Source: Takakia lepidozioides (taxonomy: Eukaryota > Plantae > Bryophyta). From it: a stretch of DNA of 64,000 nt. The notes under the pieces are model-generated. The model made no database searches. It saw only the letters and a list, made by a program, of their open reading frames with translations, and was not told the origin of the DNA. The translations under genes and the position numbers were made by a program. Location: positions 50,034,001 to 50,098,000 of the forward strand of contig CM060731.1 of assembly GCA_030704615.1 (NCBI GenBank), read 5' to 3'. This document shows, piece by piece, positions 1-13,653 of this stretch. The stretch's first letter is position 1, and each line of letters opens with the position of its first letter.

Positions 1-858
1 ATCTTGCCTATCAAGCCAATTTTGCTACCAAGTTAATATTGACGTGAAATCACAAAGTGCACGTCCAGGCCATTTGAGGGAGAACCTTGACGTTGTATCT
101 CGATGATCTACAGTTACGGTCTTGCTTGTCAAAGTATTCTTGTTGCTGTGGTAAACTCCTTCCATCAAAGAGAGCCGAGGATATGTAGAATCATTTTTTC
201 CTTAAAGGCGTATTATTGGTCATGGTGTCAGGGCCTTAATATCAATGAAGTATAAATTTGCAGTAACCAAACAAAGACATTCACATGTGCAGATTTGAAG
301 CTGCCACCGAACATTACAAGTCAAATATTGTGATGCAGACTATGGCAAGAAGTGCATACCATAAATCTAAGCTTTACTCTCTACTGTATTATTGGTTTTT
401 CACTAAGACTCAGCTGTATTTTATGCTCCATTGGAAGCTGGACAAAGGATAAATTCAATCTTGTGATTCCCCTTTGACAAAGTTAGAGTACTCTGTTCAA
501 TTCTGATCAGTATTTGGTCTTGCACAATATATTTTTGTCATTGAACATGTTGTGTTGATGGAACCAGAACTACATAACAGACTCTATTTTTGAATTGTGA
601 ATCATATAGGGTCCCTGCACAATGTGATGTAAGACTAAGTTCTCCACCAATGGGATATTCCCTTTTACGGGACTTGGGTACGACAAGGGGAAATAATACG
701 TAGAGAAAACCTGCATAGTTGCATAGAATACCCAAGAAACCCAATTTTATGCTATTTATACCTAACTAGAATGGATAGGATAGAACTGACTGGTTTATGG
801 ATTTTTCTCTCAAATTAGGATTCTATCTAGAATTACAATTGAGAAAAGGGTTGCGCCA

Positions 859-883
859 CCCCGTTTGCGGGGCTCCACCTAGT
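859..883 (+). mobile_element. Helitron-like 3' terminus (GC hairpin + CTAG|T)
   Basis: CCCCG-TTTG-CGGGG hairpin (859-872), then CTAG (879-882) followed by T. It sits at the boundary between AT-rich upstream DNA and GC-richer downstream DNA. No 5' TC end or RepHel ORF was identified. Confidence 0.4.
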
Positions 884-1001
884 GAGCGTCACCGCCTCCT
901 TGAGTGCCTTCGGCACTAAAGGGTGCTTCAGCCCCCTTTCCTATTTGCTGTCACTGCCCCCACCACAGGGGCAGTCCCTCTTGTGTCCCGACCCCCCGCC
1001 C

Positions 1002-1260
1002 TCAAGGCAAAGGGCCGCGACAAATACGGAGAGATGGTATCTCCAACTCGATAGGCAAAATCGCCTCCTGTCCATAAACAAGTTGAAACGGCGTGAAGCC
1101 TGTGGTAACTTTAAATGCAGTCCGATAGGCCCATAGTGCAGAGAAGAGTTTCATATCCCAATCGCTACCAGCTCCGGAAATAGTTTTAGTCAAAATTCCA
1201 CATAATAGTCCATTGGTCTTCTCAGTCTGTCCGTGAGCGCGGGGGTTATCGGTAGCAGCT
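1002..1260 (-). mobile_element. Ty3/Gypsy LTR-retrotransposon integrase C-terminal core fragment
   Basis: ORF 1002..1370(-) contains PRAHGQTEKTNGLLCGILTK...DWDMKLFSALWAYRTAFKVTTGFTPFQLVYGQEAILPIELEIPSLR, the typical Gypsy integrase segment around the catalytic E. No LTRs or RT nearby. Confidence 0.8.
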
Positions 1261-4200
1261 TCGCTTCCACCTGAATTCATTCTCGAAATGATTTGATGTT
1301 CTCTTGACATGTCCATGACAGTGCTGGACCTAGTTGCATAACCTCGAAAATGCCACGTGCGCTCTTCCATTGGACAACCTGACCGTTGGCCACCGAATCT
1401 GACGATATCGTGCGACGACCGCGGTCAGCAAATGAGCAGTAGATGTGGTGGGAGAGAGAGATGATTAGTTTAAGTGGGACGGGGGCTTAAAGAGCCTTGC
1501 GGTGCTGCTGGGGACGCGGAAAAGCAGCCGAAAAAGAAGCGCGCGTCATTTTGAAGTTGGCGCCCTTCTTTCTTGCACTGCTGGTCATGCTATAAGAGAA
1601 ATGACACTAGTTTTTCTTCGACTTTTCAATGTCTTCTAATTATAGGGTATTCCTGAAATACAACCATTGATTAGCACTAATATTGTGAGCATTTGCTACC
1701 ATAAATTTAGAATTTACAGTCAAATCTTTCAAGACCAACAAAGAATCAGATCTTGAAGAAAAATTGGCATTAGAGAAAAATACTTGAAAACGTAATCCAC
1801 CATGAAATGAATGGTGGTAACTAGTTTTGACACATAGTTATATTGTTTTTATGGCACAAACCCTGATTCATGAAGGAAATTTCTTGACCATGTTTTTAAA
1901 TTATGCCATGACATCTGATTTGCTCTTCCATTTCTCCTAGTGCTATAAAATATTCCATGAATCTATCTTCTCATCCCAACGTGCCAAAATGTGCACAATA
2001 CATCTCCAGGCTTCCCCTACAGCAAGTAAATATGCTACTTGGCTCCTGTTCCGAGGATCTTCCGGATATTTGGACCAACATTTTGTTGAACTAAAAAAAA
2101 ATGCCGCTCGGCTTTGTCCATCTTCCTTATTGAGAAGAACCTATTGGCTACCATTCGTTTGAATTCCATGACGTTACTCTCTCCTTCCCACCACCTCAAA
2201 TTTACATACAAATCATAGCCAGACACTTCCCTATCTCCCCTTCCCATTGCAGGACATTGTGGAAGATCAACTTATGGATAATTCAGAAGATGTATACAAA
2301 TAAAAAATTTCTCATTTGTCGGAAGAGGTCAAAGGTGTAATTCCAAATACTAGATTATTTGAGAGGCATGCTCAACATGATTGATAGGGAAACCCATCAT
2401 ACTTTACAATAAACAATCTCATCTGTGATTGTTGCTCTAGATGCCAATTAAAATCACTAACGTTTTGCAAGCACCGACATCACTTTGATAACCAAAGCAT
2501 AATATATAACATATCTACGAGAAAAACCCACAAAGAATGCGTTATTACTAAGAGAGAGAGATGACAGGAACTCAGAGTTTGATGGTTGCAGCGCATATGA
2601 AAGAAGGTGCAACACTACATTGGTTGACTTGTTCAGGAAGCTAAAGCTATACAATTTATAAAGAACAAAGATTGAATCTTTGGTGTCAGGATCAAGATGT
2701 TGTATTCATCAAGTTTGTCAGATCTAGAGGTTTTATGACGCAATGCATACAGACCTCCATTTAGAAACAGTATTATAGAAGAGATTGGTGGCAACAAGAG
2801 CTACCAGACTTGAACACCTTTTATTACACATATAAATTAGTAGGTGGTTCTCAAAGGCAAATATTTTTCAAATAATTTTAGACAAATTGCGTCTTTTTTT
2901 ATCGCTTGTAGGTTTTGTCTTGTTTGATAGAGCCTATCCCCTCAACGAGAGCAATACCCTCAAGGCGAAGATGCTCTTATTTACTCTATCTTCAGTTAGT
3001 GTCATCTTGCTCTTTGCAGCTGCCATGAAATCATCATTAAGCTTTATTTTTTGGCCTATTTTTGTCTTTGTGTGTCGCAATACGAACCAACTCATCATGT
3101 TGATCTTTCTTAGTTTTCCACCATTGGCATAGGTGCCACATTCAAGCATTGACGTCACGTGCTTCTAACGATTATGAGTTTTAGAAAAAGCCAGAATTTC
3201 ATTTAGCTTTTAACTAAAGAAATTTGCAGTGTATAAAGAGCTTTCCATTAATATTTTACATGTCAACCTCATAAAAAATTATTTGACTAACTTAGTGCGC
3301 CATCAGCGGTATATTACCTACTATCCCAATACAGCTACATGGATAGCCTTTGTGGTTACTTACCCTTGTCTGATTAATGGATAACGGACCCACGCGACCA
3401 AAATTCCGATAATCAACCACGACGTATGTCACCCTTATTGGCATCGATACTCATCCTTCTGACTCGTGCAACCGCACCTAATTTAATTTCAAGGGCTTTT
3501 GTCCCTTTTTCCTCTTGTACCTACTCTCTCCGTTAAGTTTAATGTAATTTCCAGGGCTTCCTCCTGTTCTTTCAAAAAAAAGAAAAAGAAAAAAAAGAAA
3601 AGAACAGACTGAGCTACTAACTACTAACTAACCTCTGGTCGAAGACTGGTTGCAGTGAGCCCTGGAACATCCAAAGACGATGAAAGTATGTGGATGGGTT
3701 CTATCCAGAGGGATTAGGGCGACCGGCTGGCCCGGTCAGGCTCTATCCTGCGTGCTTTGCCTGCCTCTCTCTTCTCTTGCTCGTCCTCACCGTGCCAGCT
3801 TCCGTAGCTCTAGGATGCCCGAGCTCCTCGCTGCATTTTTGTTGCTTTCTCTCTAGGATGCAGGCCATCTTGTGTATTCTCTCGTCAATTTTGAATATCT
3901 ATGTTTCTCAAGAGTTTTCGTTCCTATTTTTCTTTTCCCCGTTATGCGCTCCCTTTCTCACCTCCTGCTTTGCGCATTTTCCTCTTGTAGTGATGTCCTG
4001 GCTTGGACATTTAAGAAGCCTCTCGCATTGATGCTCCGGCCTCACTCATGCGCAAGGGTCGGGATGACGCGCAACGTTCATGGATAACCTAAATTCATGG
4101 GGAATGCGCTGGCTGGTTTCTTGCTTTTATGATTTAGGGAGGATGGAGATACGGATAGGCTAGCCGTCGAGGAAGAGGTAGGGGCACATGCTTTAAGAGG

Positions 4201-4308
4201 GAACGGTCCGGGTGTGGAAGAATGTGAAAGGGGATCGGGGTTCAAGCTGGACGAGTCAGACAGGATGTGTGATATTGCTTTGAGAAAGGAGAACAGAGTG
4301 AGACATAC

Positions 4309-7300
4309 ATGGATGTAGGGTTTGGACTCAAAAGTGAGAGAGACAGGCAGAGGGCCACGGAGAGGCTGAGAGAGTTGGCGATGCAGAACGACAGGTTCGA
4401 TGAGGAGCGCGAGAGTAACTGGCCCTTTGAGAGAGTTGTGGGTAGAGAGACAGTCAGAGACTCCGGCGGATACCGAGAAAGGGAGAATGGTGTCGTGATG
4501 TCAAGGGTGACCGGGGAGCGTGAGGCGAGAGGTTCAGGCGAGAGGGCGGGAGACAAAGTAGAAAACCTAATTGCTAGTCATGCAATGTTGGAGGGAGAAA
4601 GAGAGGGTAAAATTGGAGAGGTAGATAAGGATGGAGGGAGGGGTTTGAAGAGGTTGCGCGGTGTTGTTGATCAGCTGAGCGAGGAAAGGGACGCAGGAAG
4701 GGACAGGAAGGAGAGAGACGAGTCGGCTATGGCAGCCTTACAAGAACTCGTCTCTCAGTATAAGTCTGCTCTCGCCGAGCTTACATTCAACTCCAAGCCC
4801 ATCATCACAAATTTAACGATTATTGCGGGGGAAAATGCACAAGCAGCACATGGCATTACAGCCACTATTTGTGCCCATATACTTGAGGTTTGTCAACCCT
4901 CCTTTTGTTTCTCTTCATTTCATCTCCTGGTGGTGCCTCCCCATCTGCTGTTTCGAATCATCCCTCTTTCTCATCCCTGGATGGTAGGTTTTTAATTATG
5001 TCCAGCTCCACCTAATTCACCTTGGAAGTCATGAACGAGATTACACCATAACAGGAATGGACACTGAGCAAGCTCTTTGTCACATCATACCAGATATGAA
5101 GAGGATACAGAGACGTAGTTTTCTCTGTTTTCTCTCAGAAAATGCTAGTCTGCAGCCTCCAATGCCACCACATACCTCCACTCGATCTTTATACCATAAG
5201 CAACAAGGGTTTACATTCACTTTCTTTTTTTGCCAGAATGGCTGAACTTGGTTACACCTTATTTGGAGCTTCCACGTGGTGGAGTGCGGCCAGGCCCTCC
5301 TGAAAGAGAGCCAGAGCGGAGCAGAGGAGGGAGAAGAGGTGCGCGTGCTGCCATGGTAGGCATCCACTGCTTCTTCCCCTCCTTTGCTTCCTTGCTCTCC
5401 ACCACTTTTTCCTATCGGAGCTTGGTCGGGGCCTAGTGAGTGGGTCCGGTTAAGCTTCGCCTGGAGGAAGGGACTGCTTGGGAGGGGAGGGATGGGGTGG
5501 GGAGACCCACTCATCCTTGTGTGGCCACTTCAGGATGTAATTCTCTATCCAGTGTTAGAACCCAGCCTTCATGGAATTGAGGACTGTGAGGAAAAAGGCA
5601 GATGTCTCCTTCACAAATATGGCTGACCTTCCTTTGAGTGATGGAGGCTTAAGGAGAGAGGTTGTTCACCCACAGTGGGGTGCACAAGGATAAACGTCAA
5701 CCTTTGAGATCTAGGGGATCTAAGTAAATAAGTACCTGCCTCTTGGAATTTTGGACAATAAGACTTATTATTGGACTTCGACTATCATTTTTCTTTTGGC
5801 TCAACAAAGAAAGATTAGTGAAATACTGTATATCTCTTTCTCCCCCTCTTCTCCTCCCCGGCCCCTCCCAAGACTTGCTTGTCCAACTGCTACACAGCCT
5901 GCTGCAAGTGTGGACCTGCAGACAGGAGTACTCTGTGTCTTTTAATCTGTTACTCTGTTTGCATACTGCTCTTAAAACCAAATGAGTACGCCTATATTAT
6001 GGACCCTACCTGCTGCATTCCAGTTGGGCTCATGTTATGGCATCAAGATACTAGTGGTTGCTTTTCCTACGCATCATCACCTAAAACTAGCAAATCACAA
6101 AAGACTTGTGAAATCTGTTTCCTTGCCTTGTTTCCTCACCTTTTTTTGATATTGATGTTGTTACTTTAGCTGTAAAAGGAGACTCGGATGGTAGGAAATG
6201 ACTGCAGCACCATACTCAAAATAACAGTGATGAAAATCAAGCTATTTCCTCACTTTTTACTCCCTTCCCTCCTTTACTGTCTAGGATGTGCACTGAGTTC
6301 ATGCACAAGACTATACCAAGTATAAGTATTGAGTATTGTTCTTTCCTATACACATGAAATTTGCAGAGGAATACACAAACTTCTCCCCTCCATGCAGAGA
6401 TCACCTACTTAAAGAGAATGTTGGACTTTCAGGTTCCAAAGGAGCAGAAACTTCCATCTTTGTATCTGCTTGATAGCATTGTGAAGAACATTGGGGGGGA
6501 ATATGTGAAGTATTTTGCGGCCCGGCTGCCTGAGGTGAATCTTGCTATCCTAATGGTTATTAGTCTGTCCAGTATGATTGGCACAAGTTGCCTGTTTCTG
6601 TTAGTGTGGAATCTTTTTATTTTTTCTTTTCTTTTAAGTTTCCATCAATGCTTGACTCCTTTAAGTCTCAGTTTACTTTCATGAGTTATGTGCATTCTCA
6701 TGTGCACCATTAATCCTTAATGAATTAGAGCTTTATCTTGCAAATAGAATGCCATCTCTATTTAGAACTTTTGTGTTCACTGCTGGAGGGGTTTTAGCTC
6801 ACAGGGTGTGGTAGTGTACCATTGTGTTCATTCTGTGTTTTCTTCACATTGTAGGTATTTTGCAAGGCATATAAACAAGTGGACCCTACTACCTACCAAG
6901 CCATGCAGCATCTGTTTCGGACATGGCGGGGTGTATTTCCGTCAGGTCCTCTGCGCACAATTGAAACAGAGCTTCAGTTTAATCCACAATCCAATGGACC
7001 TCCGACTGCCACCCCGGCTTCACGGCTTGTCGAGTCCCCCTCCCCCCGCACTGGACATGGAATCCACGTGAACCCCAAGTATTTGGAAGCACATGGCCAA
7101 TTCCTTCAGCAGACTACTAAGAGCAGGGTATGTCCTCATTAACTCTTGGTTTTGGGTTATGGATACCGTGTAGCATTCGTACCAGGTCTACCGGGGCTGC
7201 TCCTTATCTCCTGAGTTAGGAAATATCATATATTAGAACCTCCTTCATAAAGCTCTGTATGATCTCTGGCAGGCTGATGGAGGTGTGGCTGAGAGCAATG

Positions 7301-10300
7301 GAGACCTACGTTTGCGAGATGCAGAGAGATCTTTGCTGCGTGAGAGTCCTAAAGGACGGTCTGGTGTTCAATTAAAAAGACCGCCGGTATGTTTATCTAT
7401 CTTCTCTGGTGGAAACTCTGGAGTTTGCTTTAATCTACTTGAATCAACACTTGTAGACTTGCTTTTTGATCACAAGTAGAAACTAATATATTTTGTGAAT
7501 TTTGGGGCAGGTGGTGCAGCATGGTCAAAGAGATCGGTTCGGTGAACCAGGCTATAGTCGAGAATCTTCCTATGAATATCCAGACTATGAGTATGGACGG
7601 AGGGGTGGGCCCAGACCTGATATAGGGACAGGTAGAGGTGCCGAAAGAAATGAACAATGGGAACATGGCAGATTCTACAGAGATGGAGACATGGGGAGGG
7701 GCTTTGGAGCTACTGATGATAGGCAATTCGGGGGAGGCGCCTATACGCGCCGAAATGGGTATGATTTGAGACAGCGTGCTGGGCCCAGAGGCCTGGGTAC
7801 AGATGGCCATGGCTACAACAGAGTTCGTGGGAGAGGGATACCTTTCCCTCCCACCCAGCCTGTGGACTTAGATGATCGGGCCAGAGGTGGGGATGGCCGA
7901 GGTCTAATGCTGGAAAGTCATTCCCGAGGGTCAGGCTTAGGAATTGATAGCAGAACTAGAGGAGCACTGGGAAACTGGCAGAATGTTGAAGAGGAAGAGT
8001 ACGTGTGGGAGGATATGAAACCACAAGCAAGGGAACAAGAGCGAGTGACTGGTGACGGCTTAAGGATGGATAGCTGGTATGCTGGCGATCTTGAAAGTGG
8101 GAGGCCCAGTAGTGCCAGTGGCCGAGGGAGGATGCCGGGGGTGGACCCCTCTGGAGCTTTGGAGGGTCTCAGTTGGCAGCGACCTGGGGGCAGTCCTCAA
8201 CTTGATCAATTTTCTTCACCTGCAGATGATCGTTTGCCAACTCGCAGGGTAGGTACTTTACACTGTATTTCTCTGTTTTTGTTTGCTGTACTGTTGACAG
8301 TTGGTGTTTTCTGTCACCAGTCGTTTGTGTCTCCCTCAGTATCCCAGTGTCTTGCTGTCTTGAGTAGGTCTCTATCATGGGCTTTTCCCTTCAAAGGGCA
8401 AAATCAACTTGATGTTTCTGAACTGTGTAATCGTGGTGAAGTTGGCTTGGAAAATCTTGTGTTGAATTGGAAAATGGTTCTCTTGTTATTATGCCTGTGG
8501 GGCTAACTTCAATAGGACATTCTCAGACTCTTATTTGCCCCTCATAATTCTATAAACTTACAAACTAGATTCTATGGTCTCTGTTTGTGTTTCACTGAGC
8601 TCGTTTAGTCATTCATGGGTCTGTGTAGAATGTGTGTTGACTGGGTGGTCCCTTCCCCTTGCTCTTTCCACCTTTCCAGTCTTATACCTCCACTGGGATT
8701 TTTATATGGGACTTCTTGAGCACTTTGCCATTATCACCTGTATCTCATTACAGAGCCAAAAAATGACTTACCTCACCAACCCTAATTTGCACTGTCAAAT
8801 TGATGGGGGTTGGGCAAGACCCATCATGGCGCCCCCAGGGGATAGCCTAAATTGGGGTTAGCTGATCAGGGTTGCTATGTATGCCAACTTGGTCAGTTGG
8901 CAGACCCTGAATGGCCTAGCCCTGACTAGTGAGGGTTGCACAAAGGTTGATATTCTACCCTGTTATTCCAGATCAGTGCGATTCCTTAGTGAAAGCCTTC
9001 ACTGGCTCATAATGCCACAGGGAGGTCATGTGGCCTAACCATACTTGATCCATGGAGACTCGGGCTCTAGGTCGATGGGGATTGGTGAAAAGTCTGTAGT
9101 CCCTTTGACCTGTTCTCGCCCACCACTAGTGAACCTTGAAACATAGCAAGATGATAGATTACTTGCTTTAGACAAGCTGGGTGCGGGGTCTATGGGCACA
9201 AGGCTACGGCAAACAACCTCTTATGAGTAGATTCTTAGTTCAGGCTCCCCAGATCTCCTCTAGAAAGCTCTTTACACAAGCATCAATCTGCTGTGTGTGA
9301 GCTGCCCAGCAATTAGACCCCAACAGGGCCAGGGCTTTAGGCTCAGCCTCGAGATTTTGAAAGTTGGTGAACAGAGATGCCGGGGCTATGTTCTTGATGG
9401 TCCTGAAGAGGGTTGCTCTCTAATGAGAATACCCCAGACATTGTATCAAAAAATGGATATTGTCTTCAGGCCACCCGCACATCTGGGATTAACAAGATCC
9501 CTTTCCTCTCTACATCTGTTTTTTTTTGTTCAAAGGTAGACTCCCCGCCCTGAGTTTTTGGAGTTGCAAGAGAGGGACATGGAGGGGCGGGCCTATGGCT
9601 ACTTGCACCTATGCCTCTCAAATTGTAGATCTATTGTAACAAACAAATATTTTCTTCAGCACCATCAGAATTAACAATCAAGCGTATGGGATTTTGGGTT
9701 TCCCTTGAGTTGTGGTCCAGCAGTTTTTGGCCCCGCCTTGTCAAGGTTTGGTAGTCTTGCTCTGGCTCTATGCGTAAATTGTTGGAACTTTCATACTTAA
9801 CACATGAACCTATTTGACAATATGAACCTGGCTGCAGGTCTCTGTCCCAAATCGTAACATCTCATTGGCTACATCAAACTTACCCCCTCGCTCAGGGACA
9901 CCCCCAATTCCTTCGCCCAGTGGTGGAGGAAGTGCGGCAGGCCCAGGAGGCCCTTTTGGTGCGAGGTCAAATTCAAACTTAGGGCCTTCATCATACAACA
10001 ATCTCTCACCTGTCACACCATCCTCGAATTTGCCATTCTCCCAGCACCAGCCTGAGAGGCAGCCACCCTTGGGTGCCTTACACCCTCCACAGCAGTCACA
10101 GCATGAGACCCATCACAACATGCAGGTCCTTATACAGCCTTTGCAGCAGGAATCAACATCCCAGTTGCCTTCATCTCAATCAATGCCAACTTTGTCGTCT
10201 CAGTCATCAGCACTTCCACAGGCACAGCAGTCATCTCAGGTGGGCAGTTTGCCTCATGTCGGGACTGCTCAACTCTATGGGCAACCATTGTCTGCTGGCT

Positions 10301-12334
10301 CTATTCAGCAGAGTCAGACGCAACAGTTTCCTCAACAAACTCAACAGGTGGTCCCATTGGCCCAGCAAGGTCAGTTAAGCCATTTCCTACAGCAGCCAGA
10401 AGCACATCAGCAGCAGGCTCAGCCTGTGTTGGGCACACTGGCCAACGGTCAGTCAGAGGTGCAAACTACCGATACAACTGCTTTGGTTGCATTCCTGAAA
10501 TCAGGTCTTTTACCAGGTGTTCAGAACCAGATGCAGCCACAACCGCAACGTCTTTCACCGCAGAGATCTTCAGTGCCTGTTCCCCAGCAGGCCCTACCTA
10601 CACAACCTCCTCCTCAGGCACTTCTGCCAGCCCCCTTTGTCAACCCTTCTTTCCTGCAACCAGGGGGCCTTGTGGGGCAATACCCTGCAGCACCTGGTCA
10701 AGGGCCGTCTGTTCTGCCCTCCTACCCCTCTCAACAGCCTTCTCGGCTCATGCAACCCCCCCTTCCTCGTGGTCCTCCACCACAATCCACTATTGTAGCA
10801 ATATCTGCCTCTCATCTTACACCTTCAATAGCTCCTTTGCCAGCTCCAATGAGCCAAATAGATTCCCTTTTGAAGTCTCTCATGGCCCAGGGCCTTATCT
10901 CAGCTCCAGCCCTGCCAGCTCCATCAAGTGCTCCTGCACCTAACAATGGTCTCCAACCAGGTGCATCAGCTGCTACTGTGAATCCTGGTTTTTTCACGGC
11001 GCCCCCCCTCCAACCCCTTCCAAATGTGCCGTCAATATCTATTTCAGCGGCACTTGTTTCTACGATAGCTGCCCTCTCTGGCTCCGCAGTCACTCTCGCA
11101 GATGCTGCTGCAGTGTCAAGCCAGTTGGTGAAGCCTCAGGATGACCTCATTGGCACAGAGTTCAAGCAGGAGATTCTGAAGGAAAGGCATGAATCAGTAA
11201 TCAAAGCACTTTATAATGACTTCCCCAGGCAGTGCTTAACGTGCGGACTGCGCTTCAAGGAGCAAGAGGCACATAGCAAGCACATGGATTGGCATGTATC
11301 CAGAAACCGCCGCCAGAAGTCTCAGAAGAAGGTGTCTCGGAAGTGGTTTGTAACGGTGAAAGAGTGGTTGAGTGGTACTGGAGCGTCGACAACCGAAGTG
11401 ACGCCCTCATTTTTTGCCACAGAGGTTGGGGCAATGCCTTCAAGGGCTGATGAAAGTGAGAATGTGGCTGTCCCAGCTGATGAAAGCCAAAGCGCTTGTG
11501 CCCTCTGTGGGGAGCCATTTGAGGACTTCTACAGTGACGAGAAGGATGAGTGGATGTACAAGGGGGCAGTATATATGAATGTTCCCCCCGGGGGAGTCAC
11601 AGAGGGCATGGATAGTATGGAATTGGGCCCAATCGTGCATGCCAAATGTCAGACAGAGTCTGCAGCCATCGCTGTTGCAGCTTCAACTGAAGATGATGAG
11701 GAGGTATGATCAAGTTTATGGACTGGTCATGAAAAGTTAATGAGAAGTCTTTTTGCCTCAAAAAAGAAATCTATACATCATAATATATTTGTATCTCTTG
11801 AGCACACGATATTTTCCTTTGAAATTGATGTATAGGTACAACCGGAGCTCTTGGCAGCAGACAGCGTGCGTATGGAGGTAGACGGACGGGGAGGGGATGA
11901 TATTGTGCCCCTGCTTGACAATTTTGATTCTTTTGATGCCGAGGTTTGTCTGCTCCATTCCTTGTCATTATATGTACCCCTTTTTCCTCATCATAGGGAG
12001 CCTTGGTGGGCCCTACTCCCAATTCTCTACCCTCTGTCACCTACCCCCGTTTGCTTTGTGCCTAATTGTGCAGGAGAGATATTGACCACAATTCTAACTA
12101 CAAACGTAGTCTGATGGTTACATCTGTCTTTGTCTTCCTGTCTACTCTATTGTTCTGCTTGTGTAAAATCGGCCCTTTCAGCCTCCAAAGGAAATTATAC
12201 ATTGCTTTTACTTTCTATGTGCCACGTCTGCCATTGTTTTTTTGCTTACTAAGGTTGTTACCTATGGATGCCTGTGGTTTGGTCAGGAAGAGACTGATGA
12301 CATGGGAAGCAGAAGAAAACGAATTCGTTACTGA
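4309..12334 (+). CDS. PCFS4: Polyadenylation/cleavage factor PCF11 homolog (PCFS4-like), ~1275 aa
   Basis: Exons 4309-4887, 6433-6534, 6855-7127, 7273-7386, 7511-8248, 9838-11703, 11836-11943, 12287-12334 (GT-AG, frame-consistent). Motifs: CID domain ([22 protein letters not shown]...[16 protein letters not shown]...[11 protein letters not shown]), plant motif [13 protein letters not shown]2H2 finger (CLTCGLRF...HMDWH), Clp1-binding SRKWF, C2HC finger (CALCGEPF...HAKC), C-terminus RRKRIRY*. The last two exons are less certain. Confidence 0.93.
9172..9560. mobile_element. Composite remnant of LINE family A in PCF11 intron 5
   Basis: 9172-9236 matches the 3' terminus of the 17.3-20.1 kb LINE in + orientation. 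About 9248-9560 matches 17462-17770 in - orientation. Confidence 0.85.
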
Positions 12335-13653
12335 GAACTCGCGGGCTGTTTTGGTGCAAGCCAGACACTTGTAACAATATCTTTCAACCAAGGTAGAGCC
12401 ACTGAAGTGCGCTGTTTAGAGTGGAGGTGTCCTTTCTAATTGGTGGGCTTCCTCCAATGTTTTACAGCCACTGATTTTATAGAGTTGAAAAAAGTGGTTT
12501 CTTAAGATGGATGGAATGAGCAACAAATGTGGCCAAGAGGAAAAGCTCCGGCCCCTTTACATCTGTGCTGTCTCTGACGGGTGTGTTTTCTGTGTTCCCA
12601 CACATCTCCTCCATGGCTGATGTCAGTCTGTCTCGCCTCCATTATGAGCTATAACCACATTTTGTTGTGTTTGCAAGCATGTTCCAAATTTCTCATCTGG
12701 AGGGGGAAAAGGGAGATTGTGAGGAGAGAAAGGAGAAGAGAGATTGTTTTGTTTTTACAGGGAAATGCTTGAGCAAACCATATAATTGGAAGTGGCTACC
12801 ATCTCGGAAAACCTTTTCTCCCTGGAGATGAAATATATATGTTTGTCCAGCTGAGTAGTGATTGTGTATTTTTGCTCATGCTGGGGCTTTCAGAGGCTCG
12901 GTGCCCATTTTATGTTACAACAGTTAGCCAGCTAAGTTGTAGCATTCTTCATACTGATGGCACAGCTGAGCATGGCCAAATGTTGGACACCTCATGTTGA
13001 GTGGGAGGCAAGGTGAATGTGCTTCCAGGCGTCCGGATCTATCATCGAGACACTGGTTTGTAATGCTGAGGCATACATCTTTTTTGTTTAACCATAGGTT
13101 TAGTATTTTGATGTTCAAATTGCTGCTGTTTTGGTCTTTAAGTCTCAGATCTGTACTCTGGATGTTCAGAATCTTGATTGTGTTATGAAGACTGAAGTTT
13201 CAAGTAAAGTTGTCTTGATCATTATCCCAGCAATTGGTGTCCATTTTGGTGCTCTTATGGGTAAGTGGATTGTGTGTGTGCACATTCTGGTGATGTGTGA
13301 TGATCTATTTGGGGGGTGAGAAGAACTCTCACATGGTTTTAAGTTGCATATAATCAGTCTTCCTTTTCCACAATTTAGTTTCCATTGAACAAAAGTTACT
13401 TCACTTAACACCTTTGTTGTTTAGGACTTCTCTTCGACGCGGTGCAAATGAAATTCAAGTATAGGGGTTTGGTTCTGAAGGTTTTATGTTGTGTTTTTGT
13501 TCTTGTATACAAGTTGTCAAATGATGCATAACTCAAAACGCACTTCATGTGCAAGAGGGGCTTTTGAGGCTCCATCAAACTGGAGGCATGCTTGCGTCAC
13601 CATAACATAAATCGAAGTTGGATAGACCTGTCCACTAATTGAGACCTAGCTTC

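Noticed and set aside
4888-6432. Vertebrate-style intron-1 polyadenylation autoregulation of PCF11
   Set aside because: No clustered canonical AATAAA signals were seen in intron 1. The GC-rich insert at ~5270-5690 could not be assigned.
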